Source: Ostrea edulis (lineage: Eukaryota). From it: a stretch of DNA of 64,000 nucleotides. Positions within the stretch are counted from its first letter, which is position 1. Each line of letters begins with the position of its first letter. A program made the position numbers and the translations under genes. The notes under the pieces are model-generated. The model searched no databases and was not told the DNA's origin. It saw only the letters and a program-made list of their open reading frames with translations. Below, piece by piece: positions 32,624 through 44,510 of this stretch. Where the stretch lies: assembly GCF_947568905.1 (NCBI RefSeq), contig NC_079170.1, forward strand, positions 36,208,001-36,272,000. The letters run 5' to 3'.

Positions 32624-34600
32624 TCACACAGAACATTGCCACAGAAAACAATCGAAGTTACCTGTCTTGAAGCCTCTACAAGTTGGAAAATCTTTAGGAA
32701 CCGGAGGCAAGTTTGGGAAGGACTCATTCAGAAGTAATGTCATTCCATCTGCTGAGTGAAGCTGGATGTGGCAATGCATGATCCACAATCCTGGATTATC
32801 AGCCCTAATCCTCACCACCACGTAGCCACCACTAGGGACGATTATTGTGTCTTTTTGTGGAGGATCCACAAGGTTAAGACCAGGGATATTTCCATTCTTC
32901 CATGATGGATCACTCCACGTGGCGTCATTGCAGAAACTTTTATCTTGGGTAGTCCCCCCACGACAGTCTATGTCCGAGTTCTGTGAAATGAATTCACCAG
33001 TGGAAGTGTTGTAGTTACCATACCCCATCTTTATTACATAAAAACTGTGACCGTGCATGTGAATTGGATGGGACCAACCCTTTCCTATTCCCATGTTGAC
33101 AAACACAAACTGAACCGTGTCATTGTGGTTCAGATCAATAGTATTGGTGCAAGAACAAACCTTCTGTTCCCCACAGTCAACTTTTGAGCATTGTTCAGTT
33201 ATCTCGGTTGGTTGAGAGATCCCCGAGACTGTGGGAAACCTGAATTCTATACCGTTAACAGAGTCAGGTTTAAATGTCAGTCCTGGAAAGGCAAAATTTA
33301 GAAAATATTCTTGAAAGGCTCCTGGTTGAACATCTGGCACGCCAGTAGGATCATTGCTTTTGATAGCATCCATTGTAATACACTGGGTATGTTTTTCGTT
33401 TGGATAAAATGAAAATGGACAATTCAAGACCAAGCATTCCTTTGAAGAAAGACATTGTGTTCTTGTTGAAAATATGTTTATGTAATTCTGATCCGCCCCT
33501 TCATAGTGCAAGATCGCCTCTGCAATAGTGCGCCTATCTACCTCTAACGTTTGACCTCTGATCATATAATTTCCAACGTTCTCGTTGGCTTGTATAATGA
33601 AATCGAATCTCTCTCCAGGATGTAGGATCACTGACTCAACAACTACTGGTTTTATGTAATAACCATCTGTGGCAACAACTGTCAAAGGATGGCTGTCAAT
33701 GGAAATTCTGTATGGATACATTGCGGCAGCATTTATCACACGAAATCTATAGTTTCTATGCCGATGAACTTTAAAAACTTCGAGAGGCGCCTCGTTATGT
33801 GTGTGAGTAATTGGGTCGTTATACCTTCCTTTGCCATTTATTAAAGCTGATTGGGCGTACCAAGGACCAAATTTCGAGCCATCCAGCGCCATCGAGTTTT
33901 TGATTTCTATTCTGTTTAGGACGACTCCTACATCCGCATAAAGAAATGCTTGATCTACACCATAGGCATGGTTCCAGTCCTGAATCTGCATCACAAACTC
34001 TTCAGCCACTCCATGGACAATGTGTGGTGGATGACGCTCTTTGATAATCAGTGCACCGTACAAGCCCTTTGCTCTCTGTGCTCCAACATGGGAATGATAC
34101 CAATATGTACCGCTCGGTCTAGCTTTAAAGGTGTGTGTAAAAGTTTGTCCTGGATTGATAGGACACTGTGTTACAAAACCGACCCCGTCCATATAGGGTG
34201 TGTCTTTCTGTGGAAGACCGTGCCAGTGAATGGTTACTGTGTCGGAATATAAATTATTCTTGACATGAACTATTAAGGTTTGATCCTCGTACACGGTAAT
34301 TGTCGGTCCTGGTAGAGTGCCGTTTGCGACGATCACGACTCTTTGCATTTCCCAGCCGTCTGCTGTATTGACTTCATCAATATTTACCGGTGTTGCAGCG
34401 GTGATGTTCTTGACGTCATAACGGTACAAAAGACCGCCTTTCGGGAAAATAGCTAATTCTTTTTCATGGAACATTGTCAATGCCGTGGATATATCCAAAG
34501 AGGTTTCACAAATCGATGCATGTTTATCGCATGTAAAGGCAGACCCATTCTTTGCAAGAATAAGAATAACGGAAACTGTTACACACAATATGGAATACAT
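32624..34600 (-). CDS. Laccase-type multicopper oxidase, paralogue C copy 1 (main exon; true C-terminus uncertain)
   Basis: All four Cu motifs are intact (HCHIQLHSADGM). The real start is probably the ATG at 34600, after a CTATTTCAG acceptor, rather than 34621. A phase-1 donor G|GTAACT at 32662/32661 sits at the same position as in A and B; candidate terminal exon 31997-31981 (DPVSV*). Confidence 0.92.
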   Translation of the reverse strand: MYSILCVTVSVILILAKNGSAFTCDKHASICETSLDISTALTMFHEKELAIFPKGGLLYRYDVKNITAATPVNIDEVNTADGWEMQRVVIVANGTLPGPTITVYEDQTLIVHVKNNLYSDTVTIHWHGLPQKDTPYMDGVGFVTQCPINPGQTFTHTFKARPSGTYWYHSHVGAQRAKGLYGALIIKERHPPHIVHGVAEEFVMQIQDWNHAYGVDQAFLYADVGVVLNRIEIKNSMALDGSKFGPWYAQSALINGKGRYNDPITHTHNEAPLEVFKVHRHRNYRFRVINAAAMYPYRISIDSHPLTVVATDGYYIKPVVVESVILHPGERFDFIIQANENVGNYMIRGQTLEVDRRTIAEAILHYEGADQNYINIFSTRTQCLSSKECLVLNCPFSFYPNEKHTQCITMDAIKSNDPTGVPDVQPGAFQEYFLNFAFPGLTFKPDSVNGIEFRFPTVSGISQPTEITEQCSKVDCGEQKVCSCTNTIDLNHNDTVQFVFVNMGIGKGWSHPIHMHGHSFYVIKMGYGNYNTSTGEFISQNSDIDCRGGTTQDKSFCNDATWSDPSWKNGNIPGLNLVDPPQKDTIIVPSGGYVVVRIRADNPGLWIMHCHIQLHSADGMTLLLNESFPNLPPVPKDFPTCRGFKTGNFDCFLWQCSV

Positions 34601-34789
34601 CTGAAATAGATGTAAATACATTTTTGGATAAATAAAGCATCAATTTGATTTAGACAAATCTATCCTAATCTTACCATTGAAAGGAGAGTTATACCCTGAC
34701 TTTCAAATCACAGATATTCAATTTGATATGTAACAAATGTGTTACCCGAATGCAGTGATGTTTGTTTCCTTATATGTTCAGTGCATCAG

Positions 34790-34945
34790 ATGAAAGGTGA
34801 AGATAACGAACAATGATCAATTTCATAACTTATTTAAGGAATACAAAATAGAGTTGGGCAAACACGGACCCCTGGATATTTAGATGTAGGATCAGGTGTT
34901 TAGGAGGAATAAGCATCCCCTGTTAACCGGTCACACCCACCGTGA
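34790..34945 (-). mobile_element. Penelope-like element 3' module
   Basis: ATGAAAGGTGAAGATAACGAACAATGATC..GGTCACACCCACCGTGA; duplicate at ~63787-63942. Confidence 0.8.
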
Positions 34946-35438
34946 TGTAATGCTGATAAATCATATTTATTATTACTATTGAAATCCACCTCCTTCAAGT
35001 CAGAAACCGAACAAAGCTCGCAGCATTGTAACAAGCATATGCTTAGAAAATTCCATTGAAACGGGTAATTATGAAATACTTTGAAGAAAGATATAAAACA
35101 AAAAGACATATTGGTAATGTCAATCGCGTAACATTTGTAACAATGTGATAATTTCCAGAGCTTCATTTGCAGGGTGAGTATTTTTACGCGTTTTCATTCA
35201 AGTTCTGCTAGAGTTTATTGCTCCGAGGGGAATTATAATAAGAATGAATACGCTCGTTAATATTAATGGGAAAAAAGAGAAGGTCTGTGACGATAACAAA
35301 ATCTAGATATTTTTCACCACGACTTTTTATGCCAGTCTTGACAGGGAATGATACATCGTCATAATGGCTGACCTCCTTTCAAATGAAAATATAAATATTA
35401 TCACTACTTGTATATTCATTTTAAATCTAATCGCCAAG

Positions 35439-35505
35439 CTGGGTAGTTCGGTAGATAACCGTGTCGACTGCTGATCTGTAGATCATGGGTTCGAGTCTGG
35501 GAGGT
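35439..35505 (+). pseudogene. tRNA-derived sequence (SINE head or tRNA pseudogene)
   Basis: A-box-like TAGTTCGGTAG and B-box GGGTTCGAGTC; the anticodon arm does not pair properly. Confidence 0.45.
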
Positions 35506-36102
35506 GATGTAATTTATTTTCAGATTACTTTCTACTAAAACTGCATTTGAATTAACTAAGTAAAGTTAAATTGAAAATTTTAAATTTCATGATTGTTCAC
35601 ATCCTCCACTTTCCATTCATACGTGTATCAGATTTCGCTAGTGTGTTACTCTTCCTGAAAAAACCCTGTCAATGTCCGAGAGCAGGTTCATCGCTGTCAG
35701 ATTGAAACAACCATTAGCGCTTCAATTTGTATGAAACAATGCCAAATTCTTCAAAAATTTCAAACAACGCCATGGGACAAGTCAATTACATGATTTAACG
35801 GGACATACAGCTTAACCATTTCACACTTTAGCTACGACCGCTCCTAACGAAGTGTTAAGTGCAATATATCGTTAAAGTAACCTCGTCATCCTGAGATTAT
35901 CACTTATCTTGTTAATATACATGAGTTCTATTTACCTGACCATGATCAGAAATCAAAGAAGATGTATATCATTCATTGGGTTTGTTGTTGACCTCGTCTT
36001 CTATGGATTTCATCAACCCGACAAATTTCTGTAGACAGTCAGTTACAAACTTAATAAAAGTTTTGTTCTGTCAAGGTCCACCATGTTTGATATATCAATA
36101 TG

Positions 36103-36385
36103 TTTGATTGATTGTATATTGTTTAACGTCCCTCTTGACAATCTTTCACTCATGTGAAGACATCACCATTGATGGTAAAGGGCTGCAAAATTTAGGGCTA
36201 TACATGGAGCTGACGGGCTTTTTTATCTTGCCATTGAGCAGGGAGGGATCTTTATCATACCACACCTGCTGTGGCACGGGGCCTCGGTTTTTGCGGTTTC
36301 AACCGAAGGACATCCCCCTTTTAGCCGCCTCTTACGACAAGCAAGAGGTACTGAGGATCCATTCTAACCCGAATCCTCACAGGAC
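36103..36385 (-). mobile_element. SINE-like repeat with a V-domain-like core, inverted
   Basis: Reverse complement homologous to 16036-16285, ending in a (CAAT)n-like tail. Confidence 0.7.
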
Positions 36386-37115
36386 TATATAAACATGTAA
36401 AAGAAAGATATACAGTTAACAAGACGACATGCTGTCGTCTAAATTTTGCTACTAGCCGTCTAAAGAAATTCAGACGTCCATCACATGACGTGTTTTATCC
36501 AACGACAGAACGTCAGTCTAGTCCAAACAAATTGAATTAGGGCGTAAACAAAAAAAATCACATTTTGTGGATTCATCCCAAAACTGTTATCCATGTCATT
36601 TGATTTCGTTAAAATTAAATTCACTCATACTTCTTTTTCTTACGTGTGTTATGATTTACTTTTCTTATTTACCCCTATTTCATAACCTGCTCTGGAGAAG
36701 CTCATTATTTAGACTCGCAAGTGAATGATGTTTTTATTCTTTATTGAATTCTTACGGTTGGTCACTGTTCGTTATCATATCACAAATTTGAATGCATTCA
36801 AGCATAATTGTATCAATCGAATATACATGTAGTATTGAGGTTGCGTAATGTTGAGAAAGATGTCAAAAGAGACTACTTCGAGAATGCGAGTATTTTTTCG
36901 TACCCTATCACTCCTTTTCTGATTTGTGATATTTTATTTGAAGCTGTTATTTAAGAAATAAATTTCAATTTTAAATATCCAGGACGGTATGTATTGCGAC
37001 GTTGCAAGCCGGCATACTTCATGAATCGTGCTATTATGCTGGATTAATCGTTGTAGTCCATACCCTCGTGAGTTTTGGAAATTAAATTCATTTCTTAGGT
37101 TTATATTGTACCTTA

Positions 37116-37411
37116 ATGCAAGGTGAAGATAACGAACAGTGATCAATCTCATAACTCCTACAAGCAATACAAAATAGATAGTTGGGCAAACACGGATCCC
37201 TGAACACACCAGAGGTGGGATCAGGTGCCTAGGAGGAGTAAGCATCCCCTGTTGACCGATCACACCCGCCGTGAGCCCCATATCCTGATCAGGTAAACGG
37301 AGTTATCCGCAGTCAAATTCAATGTGCCAAGAACGGCTTAACAATCGGTATGAAACACGTCAGACAGCATTTGACCCAATGCGAGGTTGTATTGACGAAC
37401 TAGATCGTTAA
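37116..37411 (-). mobile_element. Penelope-like element 3' portion, longer copy
   Basis: Matches ~39150-39455 in reverse, including the last RT codons. Confidence 0.85.
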
Positions 37412-38399
37412 TACTTGTCGAAATTCCCACCTGTTAGATAGATATTATATGTTTATCAAGCTTCATCAACAGCCTTTTCACCACTAATTAAACATATTTC
37501 AGAAATCATTAACATGTTATTTCAATTCACTTTGGAATTAAATCAGTGTAGTGTACTGTTTTATATTTTTGGTGATTATAATTACAACGATTACCGGGTA
37601 TTATTGTATACGTCATTCTTTACAAAGGTGCTATGTATATTTATCAGAACTTAAAGTATTAAATAACATAATCAGTAATCAACAATTCATGAAATAATTT
37701 TTTCATTGTGGATCGAGGTCAGAAAGATTATAATTAAATTTGATTAACTAGTTTGTATTTTATATGTATATTTTTCTGACATCTATATACCCTGCCTTAC
37801 CTTTGCAAATAGTGTACAGAGTGGTTCCTTAGTAGATTAGGCAATACAGGAAATTATATCGTATATATAGGGTTTTGTTCTATTCAATGTACATAGTACA
37901 GTATCCTAGATGCTCGTCATTGAATCACCTTGATTTTGCACGTGCAAAAGAATTGCATAATATGGATTACGTATCTGGACTTTAGACTGCATTTTTATGA
38001 TTGCTCTCGTTACCAAACAGTCTGCTTGTATCTCTGATATACTATTCTCATTTTGGTTTCTTCAGATATCCAGTCGTTCTATGCTTGTATCTGTTAATTT
38101 TAACATTTACTTCTGTATACACAGTACACAATTGCAAAACTTGGCAATTGTGTTTTCGTTTTGTCATTTACAACGCCCTGAAGCTGGGTGTCCATTAAAG
38201 GCACAGAACTTGCATTTGAATAGCTTTTGTCTTTATAAAATGTATGAAACATTCACCTTTTTGCTGTGTTTAGTAATGGCGGTATATGGAGTAATGTCAC
38301 CTGCTGTTAAACTGTTGGAAATGTGTTACTTTGATTTGTTAGAAATATTAGCTGCACAACCAGTCAGGCATAGTTAAAGTACATTTTACAGACTGTATA

Positions 38400-39455
38400 A
38401 TGGATATAGACAGTTGCCTCTTCAACAAAAATGGAAAACGGAAATGTTCAAATCTAGTGATCAATCACCCAAAAATACGTCTTTGTTAAACACCACCATG
38501 ATTCCACGCATAAGTATTCTGAAGTTGAAATAAAGAAACAAATATGCCAGAGTTTCTCATTGACAATATCTTCGTGGACTTTGGTGATCAGGTCTTCCAA
38601 CAGTCTGTTTGAATTCCTATGGGCACGAATTGTGCTCTTTTGTTAGTTGACCTGTGTTTATATTCCTTTGAAGTAGAATTTATTCAGAAACCTTTACATG
38701 GGAAGAAAGAACTGTTGCTGTGGCCTTCAATTCGACATTTAGATATATCGACGACGTTCTATCTATCAACAATAATAACTTTCATTCATATGTCGATTCG
38801 ATATATCCCTGTGAACGCGAAATAAAAGACCCCGCATAGCTGTCCACGTTTGCTTCATACTTAGATATTTTATTGAAAGTAGATACTAACAGCAAAGTAA
38901 CAGTTTAACTTTATGACAAACGGGATGATTTCAGCTTCTCCATCGTCAACATCCCTTAAGGCTTAATTATGTAGCAATATTCCATTATCACCTGCATATG
39001 GTGCTCATATCTCTCAACTGATTCGATACGCAAGAGCCTGTTCTCCGTATGGTCAGTTTGTATATCAAGGCAAGCTACTGACAAACAAGTTGATGATACA
39101 GGGGTTTCAACAGTCTCGATTAAAGTCAGCATTTCGCAAATTCTATGATCGTTATAACGATCTAGTTTGCCTATACAACCTACATGTATTATTGGGTCAA
39201 ATGCTGTTTGACGTGTTTCATATCGATTGTTAGACCGTTTGTGGCACACTGATTTAAACTATGGATAACTCCGTTTACCAGATTAAGATATAGGGCTCAC
39301 GGCGGGTGTAATCGGTCAATAGGGAATGCTTACTCCTCCTAGGCACCTGATCCCACCTCTGGTGTGTCCAGGGGTTCGTGTTTGCCCAACTATTTATTTT
39401 GTATTGCTTATGGAATTTCTGAGATTGATCATTGTTCGTTATCTTCACCTTTCAT
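38400..39455 (+). mobile_element. 5'-truncated Penelope-like retroelement: degenerate RT C-terminal part plus 3' module
   Basis: Frameshifted translation ..FNKNGKRK..HKYSEVEIK..EFLIDNIFVDFG..IPMGTNCA..FRYIDDVLSINN..YLDILLKVD..LYDKRDDFSFSIVN..SNIPLSPAYG..SQLIRYARAC. No GIY-YIG follows the RT, which fits a clade with an N-terminal endonuclease (inference). Confidence 0.88.
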
Positions 39456-39536
39456 TCCAAAGAAGGCAGTAAATAATATGTGATGTAAAGGAGTCTCCGA
39501 CCTCTATGAAATCATTCATTCAGGATGTACCTTATC

Positions 39537-39820
39537 AAAAAGTGAAGATAACAAATAGTGATCAATATCATGACTCATACAAAGAATACAAACGGAGACC
39601 CCTGGGCATACCAGAGGAGGGATCAGGTGACTTTGAGGAGAAAGCATCCCTTATTGACCAGACACATCCGTCGTGAGTACTATATCTTGACCAGGTAAAC
39701 AAAGTAATCTATAGTCAAATATTATATGTAAAGAATGGATTAAAAATTTGGATAAAACTTGTCAAACAATATTCGCCCTAATGCCAGGTTATTTTGGTAA
39801 ATTATATTGTTATAACGACT
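39537..39820 (-). mobile_element. Penelope-like element 3' portion, degenerate inverted copy beside the RT copy
   Basis: AGTGAAGATAACAAATAGTGATCAAT..CATACCAGAGGAGGGATCAGGTG..CTATATCTTGACCAGGTAAAC. Confidence 0.7.
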
Positions 39821-42257
39821 ACAAAATTTAAAACCTGATCATACGCAGAACACGTTCTTGTATATTGAATCTGTTGAATGTCATTAACTTCACATGCAGG
39901 TGATAATGGAATATATCATAAAGGGGTTAGCTCACCGGAAATAAATATCATATTAAAATATAGAAATACTCTTAAAACTCCCGTAAAGAATTCAAATGTC
40001 AGCCACATTTAGTGTAATAATGTTCTGTTTAAACAAATCAAAGAGGCGATTAAACTTTAGACGAAATTGGTATTGCTTTTCGTTTTCTCATTTTTGTTAT
40101 CGAACGCTTGTAAAATTGTTAAGTTGTACATAAACACATTGCATTGAACTACTTTGTATATGACATATATTTCACGAACTCTGTTGCTTTTTTTTAAATA
40201 GATCAGGTAAGAGCAGTTTTAATGATATGTACATACACTTTAACACGTCGTCCTTTTGTCATCTGTTATCTCCCAAGGTCAAAAATAAGTAAACCCTTTC
40301 TTTTGTTATTCAAATCATAAATAGTTATAACAAATTGTACATTAAAATACACAAAAAATGAATAAACTTCACATATTTGGCTTATCTGTATTCACTTATT
40401 GAAAATTCAATTTTTATTCTTATTATCTAAATATCTTGAAACAATGCATAGGAGTCATACATTGTACATTATCACACATTATACACGTGGACATTGTCAC
40501 GTTTCAATACATAACGGTGTTGGTAGACTTGTTTGGTAGATTTCCGTTTCTCAAACCCTCAACAATAACCTTGCATAAGTATGTGTTGAAAGCAGATATT
40601 ACATTTCAATTGTTTGCAATTTTAGTTGAGCATTGTATCACTGAATTTGATCATGGTAGGTAATAACATTTAACACAAAGTCTCAAAGTATGTCTTTGTA
40701 CTTTTTTTAACAAAATGAACTTGTTGTCAAGGGCGAGAAATCAATTTTCTAAAAATGATGTAAGCATGAGGTATTTGATATTTTCAATTGCAAATCACAA
40801 CATAGTCTTAACAATGACACTTCAATATTCTTCTTGTAAAAATACGAGTAGCCCGGTGTCTCACTGTATCGTGCTAGTTAATTGTTTTCTATGAAAACAA
40901 TATAAATTACCAACATTTTGTGATAAATTTGTGATGTTTAATAAGTACGTCTTTTCCTCAACCGACACAGTAAAACAATTTAGATTTTTATTTCTTTTAA
41001 GTCGTGAAAAATACGGTGTGTAACTTCGGTTTGTTTCGTGTTAGTTGAAATTGAAGAGTTCCATGGTATCGTGCTACGTCATCAAATCGATCTATAGAGC
41101 TCAAAAGGTGACAAAATTCATTTTTTTTTAATCTTACATACAGTTGGTTTTATTCTTACATCTGACCCGTTGTAATAAAAATTATACATAGTGCATGAAA
41201 AATTCAGCATGTTTGAGTAATGCCTTGCTCAATAGTGAATGATAATAAATGAATGATTCTTTTTTTGCACCAAAATATTGTTTTCCTACATCTGTTTATA
41301 TTCAGACACTGAAATTTCTTAATTTGAATAAAAGAAAACTAAATATGTTTGAAATATCTAAATTGAACCTAAATGATTTATCTTGTATGACTGCCATAGA
41401 AATAAAACTAAGTCAAATTTATATTTTCATGAAAATATCTATTTCACTTTTACATGTCTGGCTTTCGATATATACTTTTCAGTATTGGCGCTAATTGCGT
41501 ATTCTAGATAACAAAAATAAGTAGGCGATATTTTGAAAACGATTCATAAGGATTGGACTTGGAATTAACAAATTAATATATATCATTATAAATGCTTCCT
41601 TCGTTTATTTTTAGAAAAATTGAAATTTTGCATTATTTGAAATTACAGTACTAAATCTTACCAATAACATAAACTTTAATTCAAAATATATAGTCTGACT
41701 AAACAATGTGATTTCATGTTTTGATTCCAAAATGAACCCGCCGCTAAGGAAGCGTTGCACATGCGTAAACAACGAAAATAATAGCATAATACAATGGGAC
41801 GCACGATACAGTGGGAAGCTAGTATATATTCTTTTAATGTTTGAAAATAACGTACATTGGGACAGTATTTTCCACATTTCCTCTGTCCCAAAAGCTGTCC
41901 AATCAGTCGAGCAATAAAAACCTAAACCTATTTTTTTATTCGCAATTTTTATATACCGGTAGCTAAGACCAATATGTACAAATATTACAAATTTCAAAAC
42001 ACAATAAAAGAAAAACGTCATGATTTTAATTGTGCTCGTCGTCAGTTAAAGTCGATAAACTGGAAGTACTGGTCCTGAACGGACATTACAGTATCGCGAC
42101 TCATGGTCATAGGGAAAGTGCGAAAAATTGAAATATCAAAACCAGCATAAATGTTCAAACAGTCCTCGGCATCTTTAACAGACCTGTTACAAATCGAAGT
42201 AACGTTAAATTTATGATAGAAATGCAGCAGTGTGTTTAACTTGTATATTATATATTA

Positions 42258-42393
42258 TCAACAGGGGATGCTTACTCCTCCTAGGCACCTGATCCCACCT
42301 CTGGTGTGTCCAGGGGTCCGTGTTTGCCCAACTATCTATTTTGTATTGCTTGTAGGAGTTATGAGATTGATCACTGTTCGTTATCTTCACCTT
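42258..42393 (+). mobile_element. Penelope-like element 3' module, young copy
   Basis: Almost identical to 16481-16618. Confidence 0.88.
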
Positions 42394-43263
42394 GAATGAT
42401 ACCATATTTTGATAAACATGAATAATGCATATGAAATTAAAAGCACAGTTCATGATTTAAGTCAAATTCCCAGACCTACCCTTTTATTTACTTAGTCTGA
42501 TAAGTGAGTGTAACGTTCACAGGTCTTGCTATTTCATTGGCTGTAGAACTGAGTTTTATTCAGTCAGAATCTTGAGAGTTTTTGGTCAGGTTGGCTGTGG
42601 TTTTACTCTGAGCAGGTTTGGTATCATTGAGCTGATTTGGCATTTGATTTTGACAAAGACATCTTTAGACCTTTAAATCCAGACCTGAACTAAGTACTAA
42701 TTTTATTAACATTTATCTTCATGATATGTATATATAGCTATAGAAGAGTGAAAGTTTAAATATCATGAAGAACAGGAAATACCAATTTAAAAGTTATTTC
42801 GTCTCAGTGTATGCTTATATGTAGGTTTTATAGTGTATATAGTATTGTAATAAAATACTTGTTATAGATAGATTAAAAGCATCCAGGCAGCACTTCGATT
42901 TTTGCATAAATTGTGCTTTGTCCCATAGATAGGTAATTAAAATATATTACCTTTTATTATATTTAAAACACGTAATTTCATAGTGTTACATTATTTGTAA
43001 TGCAACTGTAAATAATTGAGTAAAGTATATTTTACTATATTTGAATTAAGGGAGATAACACTTAAGGTTGAAATGTACATTCTATTGATTGTAAATCAGT
43101 GTGATATTCATTGTTACTATTTTGCCTTTTCCGGTCATTGTAATCGTTATTGTAACCATCCTCGTTGGCACTCCGGAAGAGTCAGAGACGACTCTTAAAA
43201 GGGAGGAGGACAATGGTAGTGTGAGTGATATGGCATTTTTACTAGCTCTGGCTAGCGGGTTAA

Positions 43264-43332
43264 CTCCTTAGCTCGATTGGTAGAGTATCGGACTTTTGTG
43301 CCAGAGACCCGGGTTCAAATTCCATCAGAAGC
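43264..43332 (+). pseudogene. tRNA-Lys(UUU)-like degenerate sequence or SINE head
   Basis: TAGCTCGATTGGTAGAGTATCGGACTTTTGTGCCAGAGACCCGGGTTCAAATTCC: A and B boxes present, CTTTT anticodon loop, but anticodon and acceptor stems are poorly paired. Confidence 0.5.
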
Positions 43333-43389
43333 ATGAAAATGTCTCCGTTATGACTGTTATGTTGTAATTTTCATGTAATCTAAATGGTA

Positions 43390-43930
43390 ATGCTATAGTG
43401 TAATTTCAATATATCGATTTTGGCACTTTTCCTTTAGTCAGGCATCGAATTGTCAGCTTTCGTTCTTTCCAGACCGATTTCACGAGATGGCCCTCAAAAT
43501 CGATGAGATCTATGTGTTTTCTTTAGATATAACGCATCTCAACCGACATCAAACAAATCAGCATCAGATCATCATATAGGAAAGTCATTCTTGCAGCAAA
43601 TCGTGCCACGATAATCCAATAAATTCCGATTTTTCAAAATTCATCTTCATTTTATTTGAAACTTCATCAAAAGTTGATGATTGGTGGCAAGTTGATTTTA
43701 ACCATTTCCTTTAGAATTTACACTGCAATGAATTGAAATTAATTGTCAAATATGTCAAAGTAGATGCAAGACTTAGATTGTGCTCTGTGAGGTTGGAAAT
43801 CGGGAGAACGTTCTTCCTCCACAAAATAGCTTCATGGTATTTTTACAACCATTTTCGTGGCCTTCTAAGTATTTTCTGCAGCTTTATCAATGGGAAGCCA
43901 TTTAAATCGTACGTCGTCTAGCGATGCAAA
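43390..43930 (-). mobile_element. Probable Crypton-type tyrosine-recombinase remnant
   Basis: Minus strand MARFASLDD..DKAAENT*KATKMVVKI..YF.E..PDF..LTEHNL.. and a later ..RYIEI resemble the N-terminus of invertebrate Crypton/DUF3504 ORFs; many stops and frameshifts. Confidence 0.4.
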
Positions 43931-44456
43931 TCGCGCCATGTTTTACATACCCGCCTGGCCTTGTTTACGTCGTCTGCAAGACTTACCATCTGAACATTGC
44001 TCTGCTTTATTTCGTTTTATCTTGATTTCATGGAAATGCCGAGCGCTTTTCTGATTGCAAGACCTAGCCGAAAGTGATCAGAGACGCGAGTTTTCATTAG
44101 ACGACCACAAGAGTAAGAACCAATTGTTTTACCATTGTTTTGGAATTTATTGTGTTGAAAACATTTAACGTTATATTCACCTCGAAGGAACGCGCAGGTG
44201 AATATTACGTTCCATTTTTTTTTTCTAGTTTGTTGGCATTTAACCCTTCAAAGAGCTCGAAATTACTCGATCACTATAATAAAGTATTTATTGCAGACAA
44301 GCGCATGTGTATATCCATGTACTTAATTCTAGAGTGAATATCACGGAAATCTTCCTGGGGTGTCTTATCCGCTTGTGCATTAACGATATTTGTCGGAGCA
44401 ATCCTGATGCTTTCTTAAGATTCTAATGAAAATTAATAGTCATTTGCCCTTTATAC

Positions 44457-44510
44457 ACTAAAACAGTGCAATATCAGATATCACTAAAACAGTGCAATAT
44501 CAGATATCAC
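44457..44510. repeat. 26-bp direct tandem duplication
   Basis: CACTAAAACAGTGCAATATCAGATAT occurs twice. Confidence 0.9.

Larger units (their letters stand above)
18815..35003 (+). repeat. Segmental duplication, copy 1 (at least 16.2 kb; contains lacB and lacC)
   Basis: Colinear near-identity with 47817-64000; offsets drift from 29002 to 29018 to 28997 through small indels. Confidence 0.97.

Noticed and set aside
34601-34621. Upstream ATG extending lacC by MYLHLFQ (also 63598-63618)
   Set aside because: This is the polypyrimidine/CAG acceptor region; paralogues A and B start at the equivalent downstream ATG.
35439-35505. Functional tRNA genes (also 43264-43332)
   Set aside because: Cloverleaf stems do not pair adequately; recorded only as tRNA-derived sequences.
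37900-38390. Possible coding remnant (126-aa + ORF and minus-strand frames)
   Set aside because: No recognisable motif or consistent splice pattern was found by eye.
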